A DNA stretch of 64,000 nucleotides from Isurus oxyrinchus (taxonomy: Eukaryota): the NCBI GenBank assembly GCA_026770705.1, contig JANJGN010000008.1, forward strand, positions 163,370,001 to 163,434,000, written 5' to 3'. Each line of letters opens with the position of its first letter. The first letter of the stretch is position 1. The notes under the pieces were generated by a model. That model saw nothing but the letters and a program-made list of their open reading frames with translations. It made no database searches and was not told where the DNA came from. The translations under genes were made by a program, and so were the position numbers. Below are positions 52,631 through 64,000 of the stretch, piece after piece.

Positions 52631-53671
52631 CAAATCGACCATCAGAGTTTTCAACCTGAGTGAAGCTGGGAATTTAATGGTGCAACATTGTTACCAGCCA
52701 GCAGGAGGCTCATCATCCACCAACAGGTAATCTGGTTTCCTATTAAAGCCGACTGTATTGTGTAGCTTCTGTCAGCATGTAAACTCTTTGCGAGATCTGG
52801 ATTTTCAAATTTTTGAAGTGGAATTAGGTGGCTGTCAAAACATATCCTTGGGATAATTTGTGGATTATTCTACAGAAATAGCACACATGGCCTCCCTCTC
52901 TGCTGCAAACTTCTGTGAAGTATTTTTATTTTGCTGTATACTCGTAAAGATGAGCACAGTCATCCAACTATAGCTTGAAATGCAAAACAAATGGAAAACT
53001 AAGAATGAGTTGACACTGGGGCCCATTTTCCAGATAGAGGCTGTCTGTCGGCAGAGTGCCGAGGTCACTGCCTGCAAAGGTCAGGAAATGGTAGGTTGCT
53101 GTCCGTGATTTCCTGATATGTGTAGGCAACAGGCAGGGTTCCCCGCCAGAGCAGGTACTCCAAAAAATGGGCTGTAATATTGATTACTCTGCCTCAGTTA
53201 TAGAGCTACCCTCAATAACTACCACACTGTTCAGTGGAATAGACTTCCTCCAAAGTTAAGTTCAAAAAATGTAGCTGAGGAGTGCCAAATAGAGCCAGCA
53301 AAACCCAAGTTATACCGCAGCCTGTTCCTGGCTGCAACTTTCACTCTGTCCACCAGAAAAGAGTTTTGAATGTCCATTGACCTCTGCTCCACCGGCAGCT
53401 TTCTGTTAATGGGAAGATGTGGGAGGTAGTGTGCTCACAACATTTAAAGGACTCTGAGATGATTTGTTGTAAAACCTGGCTTCACACCATCCTGGAATTG
53501 TGCTCCACATGGGATCAACCCCAAGTAGCCACTTGGAGGAATTTCACAGCTCTTAGATTTACGCATTCCGCAATCAGATTGGATGATGATTTCAGAGTTT
53601 TGTGGCCACCTTCATGTCAAAAAACACTCAAATCACTTATTGATGCAGGGTATTTTTGAATTTTCCAGCTG

Positions 53672-54235
53672 TACCTGTTATCCACTTGAACATATCGTTA
53701 GTATTTGCTGTTTTCTTTAGCTGAAGACTACAAAGTATGTTTCAATGCCTAGAATTCCTTAAATTCTAAAAAATGATTTTAGTTGTAATGTGATAGACCT
53801 CAAAGGGATAAATTCTTTACACAACTTATAACTGTACAAAAACAATACGAGAACTATTCGTTAAAAGACAAGATAGGCTCTTTTAACACAAATGTGCGAA
53901 TTCTAAAAACAATGATTCCCTGGGTATGGGTTCACCACAATCAGTATTGCAGAATTATTACAGCACAGATGGAGGCCATTTGGCGTGTTGTTTCTGTGCT
54001 AGCTCTCCAAAAGAGCAATGCATCTGGTGCCACCCCCTCACCTTCTCCCCATAGCCCTGCACATTCTTCCTCTTCAGATAATTCCCTCTTGAATGCCTCG
54101 ACTGAACATGCTCTCAGGCAGCACATTCCAGATATTAACCACTCGCTGTGTGAAAAAGTTTCCCCTCATGTCACTGTTGCTTGTTTTGAAGACTTGAGGA
54201 GACACTCGGTACACAGTTAGTCCATATACTTACAA
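53672..54235 (-). repeat. Right arm of the ~550-bp inverted duplication
   Basis: Reverse complement of 49858-50407 with scattered substitutions and small indels. Confidence 0.95.
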
Positions 54236-55236
54236 AGGCTCAGGTTTATCTTTTCAATCTTGCTAAACTGCTAAATAAAAGTACCTAAATAATTCCAAGT
54301 ACTCTTGTTGGGCTCAGACATTCTCACTTAGATTCTTGTTTCACGATTACCAGATCCCGAACAAATTGTCACTCGAATGACTTCACACATGTGTCTAATG
54401 TTGATGGGAGTCCACCACCTTATAAAGAGATGTCACCGCAGTATTGATCATCTTGCTCCAAAATATAGCATAATTCATGTTGCTATGTGTTATGTCTACC
54501 ATACTGGTGAGTTAGTTTTGAACTGTAAACAGGTTGCATACAACTGGGATCATGTATTTATCATGCAGCATTTATAACATTTAAATGAAGGATAAATGAA
54601 AATATGGTTACATCATTTGAAGTATTTTTGGAACACATTAAAAGCTTACATTTATGATGTTGAGAGGGGGAATGCTAACACACTAACTTTTATTCACCAT
54701 TGTATTTAAGACACTGGGATATTAAAGCACAATTCAAACTGGAGTCAACATTTCTTTGGAGCCTGAAGTACTGACCTTGCCAAGAATATGCAGCATTCAC
54801 TTTGTTCTTTTTATTTTTGCATTCAATTTGTCTGCATCTAAAAACAAGAAGCGAAAATGCTAACCAGTCAGCATCTGAAAGAGGAAGATAAACTTTCCTT
54901 CATTAGAACCCAGCCAAAGTCCTCGACTAATCTTTCCCTTTCAGTTGCTGACTGCTCCAGCATGCATTTCCCGTGTATTTTCTCTCTCAGGTTTCCTGCT
55001 GTGGAATTTCTCTTTTCATCTAGGTTTTGTTATCACACTTTCTGCAAGTAATACCACAAACATGCGCCCAACAGACCTGTTTGAACCACTGAGGCAATGT
55101 GCGAGCAGGTATAGGCCCTACAGCTAAACAACATCGCAGTTCACTTTGGTTTCAAGATTCACATTTTCTCACATGACTAATCCCACAAGATACAAGTAGT
55201 TGCATACAAAAGAATGTCAGCATTCATAAAGAGCAA

Positions 55237-55248
55237 TCTATCTATCTA

Positions 55249-55282
<34 letters not shown>
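55237..55282. repeat. (TCTA)n-(TA)n microsatellite
   Basis: Directly visible in the sequence. Confidence 0.9.
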
Positions 55283-55287
<5 letters not shown>

Positions 55288-55744
55288 GTGTGTGTATAAA
55301 AATCCCTTGATTTTTAAACCAGTTTTACAAGTTTTGGGATTCATTATACACTCAGGGATATACTGGTGACAACAACATAAAAACCTAATCCAACAAATGC
55401 GTCAGTAGCACATCGTTAGTAAGAACTCACTGGGACCAACAAAGTTTATAATCCAAGGTATTTATTAGCAAGGTTTTATCATAATTCACTACAATACACA
55501 AAGATTCTGTTGGGACTGGCAAAGTGAGTTTTCTTAACAAGGCCATTGTACTATCATAGTTTTCATTAACAAGCTTGAACTTCATATTCATTAAATTCCT
55601 AAGTGATTTGTTTTAATAAAATATTAAAAATTTATGAGCGCAGCTATTTGTTGAACAAAAGACCTGTGTAGTGGGGCATTTGCTGAAATGTAAAACTGTT
55701 TACCATCTTCCAAAGCACAGTGCAGTGTCCTTTGGCACATTGAC

Positions 55745-56125
55745 CAGCGTGCATCAGTTGGCACTGTTCTCACCTCGGAGACAGAAAGTTATGGGGTAGT
55801 ATGATAGTGCAGAACTCCCTCAATCTGTCAGAGCTGCTGTCTTTCAGAGGGGACAGTAAACCGTTAAGATGCACATTAAAGGGGTGCTATTCAAAGAGCA
55901 GTGACTTGGTCAACAATCCTTCTCAAATACCTTCTCAAAAAAACAGATCGAGTTATCATTCCTCTCATTGATGTTTCTGGGGCATTGCTGGTACAGGATT
56001 GCTGTTGTGTTTGGCTACACAGCAACAGTCTCTGCCCTTTCAAAACATAATTCATGATGTTAAATGCTTTCGGCTGACCATAAAAACGGCACTATAAAAA
56101 TAGCACTACCCAAATGCAAGTATTG
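55745..56125 (+). mobile_element. Deu-domain SINE, older copy
   Basis: cagttggcactgttctcacctcggagacagaaagtt head; gctgtctttcagaggggacagtaaacc core; cttcaaa-type and ggcactata-type tail motifs. Confidence 0.7.
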
Positions 56126-57204
56126 TTAAGTGATAAAGATATAAGTTTGCCCCGTGACTGATCTTTACTCAAAAAATGTTTGTGCAGGACTACAAAAAAA
56201 TTGTATCATTGTCGAGTGTGTAGATGCCTCAAATTTGATGTTAGTTATACCTTAATGGGTAGGCAAAAGGCTATGGTAGTGGCTTTGTAACCTTGAAGAG
56301 CAATTAAGGGAATGTCGAGCTAATAGATAAAATTCCGATTAGACACAGGACATTGCATCAGTAGATTCTACAGTTATAATATTGTACTTTTAAGTATGAG
56401 CAGTCATCACCACAGATAACTCCCATTAAAGTTGGCAATAAATAGGAAGTGCTTAGCTCTCACTTTTCGTTATTAGCATTATCCATTAATGTATGGTAGA
56501 TCAAGCTAATATTTCATAGCAGCTTTAACCCTACAGAAGCAGAACTCATTGGCTTTTGACTCCCGCCACATTTTCTTGCTAATAGGTAATATACTAATAA
56601 AAGACTTAAACCCTCTCTGTTTTGATAAGAAATGCCATTGGGCAAAAGTTTGATTTGCTGAACTTTGTATGATCACTTTTTTTTAAACAGTGGGTATCAC
56701 CTTTATTAATGGACTCACAACCCCCCCAGATAGCTGGAACTGAAATAGAACCATGCACTGCATGTAAAAACTGGTTGAGAAACAAAATGGTATGTCTGGT
56801 GCAGTGGTTTTTCCTGTCATTGGTGGGCAGTTCTGATCGGAAACATCTGCATTGTCTTACATTGGTCAGCTACATCCACTGCTCCTCTGAACCTCCAAAT
56901 GTTTCCCCTCTTCTCTGTTTGATGCTTCCCTAGGTCACAGACCTCTAAGCACAAATCATCTTGGCTAATAGCGGGGGGTTGGGGACAGAGAACAGAAGGC
57001 TCTGAAATTCAATCCGAAAACGTTTGCTAACGTTATTTTTCTTTCCGAGAGAGCAAGTTACCGTCAGCTGTGACACCCCAACAAAGTGCAAGGGAATGGG
57101 CTCCGATGCAAATGTTGTTCTTTCAGTTTACAAAACCTCTTGTTCAGAAAGCACAGGATAGCTAGTGTGCTCCACACTCCGCTGGGCAAAGGTTCATGAC
57201 TTAC

Positions 57205-57249
57205 CGTGGATTTTGTTCACTTTGATAGATGCAGTACTTAAAACATTGT
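57205..57249 (-). other. Candidate 45-nt frame-preserving exon, product unknown
   Basis: Minus strand: branch-like aactaac, then tactctgttttattggaaactag| acceptor, 45 nt, and a consensus donor cg|gtaagt. Open as xNVLSTASIKVNKIHx or xQCFKYCIYQSEQNPR. Confidence 0.3.
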
Positions 57250-57534
57250 CTAGTTTCCAATAAAACAGAGTAGTTAGTTTTTACAGTGTAACACTCAGCT
57301 TGTGGCACTTTTTATGAATTACTGCCACTGTGGTAAACAGGTCAAGAAGTTTCGAAGCACAGTCATTTTTATCACTCAAGCAAAAATGCTTTAAAGTTTA
57401 CCTAATGAAAACCTGATTTCCTTCCTTGAGCCCTAAACATTGCATTATAGAAGATGGGACACTGTGTACCCATTTCAGATATAGCAGGAACACCCGAAAT
57501 AAGTTAACTTAGCTCTGGATAAGCAATAATTTCA

Positions 57535-57755
57535 NNNNNNNNNNNNNNNNNNNNNNNNNNNNNNNNNNNNNNNNNNNNNNNNNNNNNNNNNNNNNNNNNN
57601 NNNNNNNNNNNNNNNNNNNNNNNNNNNNNNNNNNNNNNNNNNNNNNNNNNNNNNNNNNNNNNNNNNNNNNNNNNNNNNNNNNNNNNNNNNNNNNNNNNNN
57701 NNNNNNNNNNNNNNNNNNNNNNNNNNNNNNNNNNNNNNNNNNNNNNNNNNNNNNN
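57535..57755. other. Assembly gap (221 N)
   Basis: Run of N. Confidence 1.
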
Positions 57756-59024
57756 TCATAAGGGAATCATTTGTAAGTTTGTAGCCACTACCTCTTCCTA
57801 TTGTTTTCCTATTGTTTTTCTACTGTGCATTGCGAAAGAGACCAAAATGCCCAGGCCACAGTTGGAAAGTATAGTATAAGTCAATAGTGATATTATTCTT
57901 CTAGTGGATAATTACGCCATTTCTGTTATTGTATTGATCCTTTAGAAAAGGCAGAAATTCGCCCACAATAGCTGATCGTGTATTGTTAAAAGATTGCTGA
58001 CGGACAAATAAGGTACGAATTTTTTAAAAATTGCACAGTCTGGTTTGTGTCACTGCAACTTTCTTCAGACTCAGAGCACATGCTTCTTCGTAACAGAAAG
58101 AACACACGCAAATGCACCAATGTTTAGGGCACTAATTTTCAAAAAAAAAAATGCCTGTGGTTTAGTTTGTTTTCCAAGAAAAACTACATGATTTATAGCA
58201 GCTCATGTTAAATTCGAGAGTCAAAGCTGAGGCGGACATACTTGCCCACCTGCCGTACGTGTATTAGTTCTAGCTGAAGAGCAGTCAATAAAGAAAGGAT
58301 AGAAAAGAATTTGCTGGGCTGGTTAAGGTAATAAGATTTGTTTCAGTGCATCTGATCTTTACTCTAACAGACTTCCAAACAGTTGGACAAGTAAATAAAG
58401 CACCCCAGGGAATAACCATTTGAAATGGTTTACCACAGGGATATGAACAAAGGAATTTAAGTTAGTCAAAGGCTGCAAGTATGAAAGTATAATACTGGCC
58501 ACAGAGAAGAATTCTGGTGTTACACTAGCCGGTAAGAAGTGTGCATTTTTTTTTAATCTCCTTTCCAACCGTTATATTGACATATCACAGTGTAGCTGTT
58601 TCTGGGTGATACAAAATAAATTATGATTCTTAACATTACTGATGTAGCTTCCATGAAGTTTGTGCACTACTAATAATTTCAAAACAATAATGAGCTTGAA
58701 AACCTTATCTCATCTTTGCTGGACTGAAACTTATTAAATTCTGCATTGTATACAGATTGTACTGTATAAAATATACTGTATGAAAACTCAGAGTATTTCA
58801 TTCCTTGTTAGACATTGGGGGGGCAAATTACATTTGCAATCACTGTTTTTAAAGGCTATGTACAAAAGTATATAATTTAAAAATTTAATAAAACTGCTAT
58901 TTTGCCATTAGCTTGTTTGTCAATCTTTTCCCTTTAACACCTCCTTTACTGTTAAAAGGAGATTCATAGTTGAGGTATGGTTTGATACAAGTCAACAGCC
59001 TTAATGTCTCCTAATGATTAATTA

Positions 59025-59120
59025 TCCTTCAAAATTACTCCATTGGCTGCAAAGCACATTTGGAAATCGCTGAGGTTGTGAAAGGCAGTATATAAATGCA
59101 AGTCATCCTTTTTCTTTCTC
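59025..59120 (+). mobile_element. Deu-SINE/L2-type 3' tail
   Basis: cttcaaaattactccattggctgcaaagcacatttgg..tgaggttgtgaaaggcagtatataaatgcaagtc. Confidence 0.7.
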
Positions 59121-62100
59121 CAGTGCCTTATCCTGGATCCTGAGCTTCGCCTATGAGTCTGGACAGACAAGGTTGGCAAGTCGTCGCAGCTCAGACCAAC
59201 CCTGCCCACCTCTAACATGTGCACACGCCATAATTCTTGGGTAGTGATCTTAACCAAGCCCCCTCGCTAATCTTCCCTTCAGACACCTATATAGGCACCA
59301 AACATCAAGCTTGGGACTTCCATTACTTGTACGTTTCAGCACTAAAACACGCAATGCATTTGTGCACCAAGCCATTGTGGGAAGTCTGTCATGTGCTTCT
59401 CTCATTGAAAAGAGTGCATATAGCTCAGAAACTGTGTTTATAAAAATGTTCTTACTCTTAGCTTACAGCATTAAAAAAATGAACAATTTTTAAAAAAAAT
59501 TATATTAACGATTCCTGAACAACAATATTCAGCATATAAATGTGTTATGGCTACCTCGTTTAACTTAAACAGTCATTACAGATTATTTTAACATGCGGTG
59601 CATGACTTTTACAGCACAGTGAAGCTTTCTCCCGGCAAACATCTACAAACTGTTGCATGGACAGTCTTAGAATCAATAGAAATGATGGTCAATCTGGGAT
59701 AAGGAAGGGTTAAACATGCCCATCATGATTAGGGAGACATAAGATTCACCCCACAATGTGGGGGGAAATCTGTCCACTGTTCATTTGGCTCTTGGTTGTA
59801 ACACCATTGTCTGATGCCATCCAAATGTGAGTCAGGATTCTTTTCTTTGCCTGACACGAATAAGGGGATTAGGGTGGCATGCTTCCGTCAGCTCACCATA
59901 TTGGACAAAGAGCCTAGGGGTTTAGTGTCACAGTTACTGATAAAAGTACAGGGGCCTGTCAATCAGGTTTCTCTTAGGTACTTGTGTTTGTGACATAATC
60001 TTATTAGGGGATAAAAGAGTAAAGTCCCTTTTATATGGAAAAGTTAAGTTTAATTGCTCTCATCCTATTATTTCTCCTTTCCATCCATATGCTGTTTTGC
60101 TTTCTATGTTAAAGAGAGACACCTGTTCTGTTTCCTGCACAGATTGTTTTAAAATCAGAGTTTTGTGGTTGTGGCAACTTAGAAGAGAACGGATGAAAAA
60201 TAGGAAATCGTTTATCTGTTGTCATAGTGCAAACGTGTTCCAAATGAACACAGCAACGGAAAAGACTTCAACATTTCAGATGTTTCAAAAATTCAAATAG
60301 TTTCATTCACAGTCATGAAAGACCCAGTTGCACGCAAACCTGCCTGTGCTCAAATTAATTAAATATCGTACATTTTGAAACGAGAATATCAGGTTAGAAC
60401 TAATTTTCTAAAGACAGTTTTTAAAGCTTCCTGCATCCCACTTTGCATGCAAAAAGGCAAAAAGTGGTTTGCCTTCCTGTTCCCGAAATAAAAGCACAGA
60501 CGCCAAATAATTTCTCATGAATCAAACATACAGAGAGACTCATTCTTTGGGTGTTTACTCTGAGAAATGTAATATTGCTGCCCTGTATTACAGAACAAGA
60601 ATGTTAATATCTGGTACATGAATCAAGAAATGAAATGTGGCTCAATACATTTCTCTAATTCAGCGCAGCAACACTCAGCCTAAGGATTTGGAAAATCTGT
60701 TGCTAATGCTGCAAATTGTGTTAATATTGCAATGGCTGTCCTTAAAACAATACAGAAGTCAAAGGAATAAAATGAAAACCCATTTACCGCACAAGTATAA
60801 AAGATCTATAAAACTGATAAATCAATTTCATACAAAAAAGGGAATAAATGAGCTGAGTAATCTCTGTAGTTCATCTGAAACCAATGCAACTGCACACAGT
60901 TTCAGTAAACTAGTATAAAGTTCTGTCAACATCAGCTCTATTCCTTCCAAAATTTACAAAAGTAGCCACTCGTAGGACAATAGGGCCTTATAAAGAGTTA
61001 GACAATAATGCTGAACAACGTAAGCATAGTAGCTGTGGTAAATGGCAGCAGTTTAGCTAACGCAACACATTTACTGGCCATCAGCTGCCTCTTCCCCTAA
61101 ACATCTAACCAAACTTGTAGGATTTTTCGAAAAGAAGATGGATTCTTTTACTGACTTGAGGTCAGGACTGAGCTCTTTAAAGTATATTATTAATAAATAA
61201 ACATTCATCACAAAAAACCCTAAAGGTCTTTGGGGAGGAAGATTGTGTTGGTTTTGGCATCAAATGACACAGGACACTTATGATATATAGGGATCAGTCC
61301 AGCAGACTGATGGAATGGCAAATGTCTCCCAGTCAACGTTCTTTGGCTTTCTGAGCACACTTTTTTTTCCCAAATACTTTCATTTGAAAATCTGACTTAA
61401 AATATATTTTGTTTTGGTTTTCTGCAGGCTTTAGTTATTTATAAAGGGAAGAATTGAAGTACTCATTCCAGTTCCAACTGAACCTTTACGACTCCCCAAA
61501 GACCCTGGGGTGATGAAAATCAAGTGGTTAGGAATGGGCTCTTTTATGTTACCATTGTTTATAGGCATTGTTGCTTGACTGACATGTTACAATTGGTCTT
61601 CCGATTAATCAGCTGAAGAAGCCATTCTGGACCTAGTGGCTTAAATCTGTGCTATGAAATTATATGTTATTTTCATCATTTCTACATTTATTATCTAAAT
61701 GTGAGGTGACATAACCTTTGATTATTCATAGCACTTCAAAGTTGGTTACTTTTTTTTTTACAAAACATGCCACAAGGATTGTGCTTGTGGACTGCTGCAA
61801 AACCATTTAGAAACAAACTCCAAACCTGGAGGCTTATAAAAGTATCTGCAGGTATACTATGGGAAACAAAATGGTATTTTATAAAATGCATTTTTATTTT
61901 TACGTTGCGTTGGGAATGTTTTTCATGAATTTACATAATTGTGATGCACAGCTAGGAAACTGCAACAGACTGCAAATGCTTGAGAAGCTGTTCAGAATTC
62001 AATGCCTTAATGCATTAGACATCATCTTGATGAACTCATTTTGACATGCATAACTGTTAAATGTCATGGAAATAACCATACAAATGCTTGCATTTACAAA

Positions 62101-62593
62101 ATTCTTTCTTTTATTCAGTTTTACATTAGAAAGCTGACTCACGAGGGACTAGGAGGCATAAGGCCAACTTTGTATTGATGGAGTACCTAGGGAAGCAATT
62201 CAAGGTTGAAGACAGTTGGCCAATGGTTTCTGAATAAGAAAGAATTCCACATTCTGTGCAAATAGTGAAAAGCACCAGTTCAAACACAGGGCCCAGAGAT
62301 ATGTGCTGTATATTTGTACAAGTTGTGCCCAAGACTCACTGTTGTCATGTGGCATTTTGATTCTCTACCCCATTGACTGTTTGCTCTGCAGCTTTGATAA
62401 AGAGGAAATTAAGTTGCTACATACAATAGAATCAAAAGAACATTTTGAAGTAAACATTTTGACACACATTTTCCTCAATAAAAGCAAAATTAAATTAAAA
62501 TAAAGAGCTTTCCAAGATCTGACAATAATCTCAAAAGTTCTCAGCTGCTAGAGTGAAAAGTAAATAAGTTGGAGAATTAATATTTAAAATAAT

Positions 62594-63570
62594 ACTTGCA
62601 TCCTTAACATAGTAAAACTATTTCACAGGAGAGTTATCAAACAAGATTTAACACTGAGCTACGTAAAGAGATATTAGGAGAGGTGATCAGTCACTTGGTC
62701 AGAGAAGTAGGTTTTAAGGAAGACCTTAAAAAGGAGAGAGACAGAGAAGTTTAGGGAGAGAATTCCAGAATTTAAGGCCTACATAGTTGAAGGCAGTGGT
62801 GGGGCAATGGAAATCAGGGATGTGCAAGGCGCCAGAATTGGAGGAGTGCAGAGATCCCATAGGGCTGGAGGAGGCTACAGAGATATGGAGCAATGAGGTC
62901 GTGGAGGGATTTGAACACAAGGGTGAGAATTTCACATTTGAGGCATTGCCACACCATGTAAATCTGCACTCACAAGGGTAGTGGATGAATGGGACTTGGT
63001 ACACATTAAGATACGGGAGTTTGGATGAACTAAAGTTTAGGAAGGGTGGAAGATGGGAGGCTGGCCACCGGAGCATTGGAATTGTCCAATCTAGAGGCAA
63101 CAAGAACATGAATGAGCTGAGGCAAGGGCAGAGTTGGCCAATATTGCAGAGCTGGAAGTTGGCTTTCTTATGGCAATGGTGAGGATATTGGGGGGGAAAC
63201 TCAGCTCAAGGTTAAATTGGATGCTAAGGGGTTATGAATAATCTGGTTCCTTGAGACAGTGGCCGGGGTGGTTGGGGGGGGGGGGGGGGGGGGGAGGGGG
63301 GGTGCAGTGTGGTGATGGTTTTGGTGGGAGGGTGGAGGGGGAGAGTGGATGGATTTGGGGATGGGGGTCATTAGCTAGGGAATTAAGTTTGTGGCAGGGA
63401 CAAAAGGCAAAGCTTCGGCCTTCCCAATATCTGTCGTTGCAGAAAATTTCTGCTAATCCAATACTGGATGTAAGACAAGCAGTTTGACAAATCAGAGGCA
63501 GTGGAGGGTTGAGGCAGAGCTCAGTGTCAGCAGTGTATATGTGGAACCTGATGTTGTGCTTTCAGATGAT
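62594..63570 (-). mobile_element. L2 LINE 3' ~1 kb with an internal G-rich tract
   Basis: Tail acttgcat..gtaaaac..ttcacaggagagttatcaaacaa. Minus ORF 62726-63109 ends AFNYVGLKFWNSLPKLL. Colinear with the copy at 290-1140. Confidence 0.85.
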
Positions 63571-64000
63571 GTCAGATTACGGGTATTTCTGCATGTAAAT
63601 AGATCCTTGGCGGACTTCTGGAGTTATAGTGCAGGAGGGGTAAGAGTAAAGGGGACTATCCAGAACAGGGCTCCACCAATGCAGTTACTTACACCCCATT
63701 CTATTATCAATGGAGTTCTGACATACTTAAGCAGTGGCACAAATGGAATACACCCAGTCATACTACCTATTTGCATTGGTCTCGACAGAGGGTGGAGGGT
63801 GCTCCACATGGACAGTGCTCCAGGGCTCTGGTCAAACACATGCATGGGGTGAAATCAGCCTTCTGCCTATCTTCTACTGATTGAAAACAGCTGAAAAGGA
63901 CATTCACATATTTCCAGTCTGCAAAAAGTAGAAAGGCAGCACAGTAGGCAACTGAAATAAAGTAAGTCTTTCCATAAAGGGACGAAAGGCTGTCCACCTG

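Noticed and set aside
57532-57759. Poly-X ORF in the ORF track
   Set aside because: Artefact of the N gap.

Overview
Vertebrate non-coding DNA, most likely from a cartilaginous fish (inferred from the repeat set: L2 and CR1 LINEs, SacSINE1/Deu-type SINEs, Harbinger elements, a Penelope-type hammerhead hairpin). I found no intact protein-coding, rRNA or tRNA gene. The recognisable ORFs are decayed transposon fragments: L2/CR1 ORF2, a Harbinger DDE transposase, two Harbinger Myb/SANT genes and a Gypsy gag-PR-RNaseH-IN lacking RT. The most notable structures are: (1) a TSD-flanked ~240-bp palindrome carrying two opposed minimal hammerhead-ribozyme motifs (43138-43375); (2) a ~550-bp inverted duplication bracketing a 3.3-kb segment, containing a 26-bp micro-inversion (49858-54235); (3) a 56-bp perfect direct repeat inside an older diverged duplication (9060/11044); (4) a CR1 copy with twin-priming-like geometry; (5) a ~12-kb TE-poor block with enhancer-like sequence; (6) two candidate small exons. 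There is a 221-N gap at 57535-57755. Family names come from recalled consensus motifs, not database searches, and most element boundaries are approximate. I did not find convincing evidence of a wholly new biological system.
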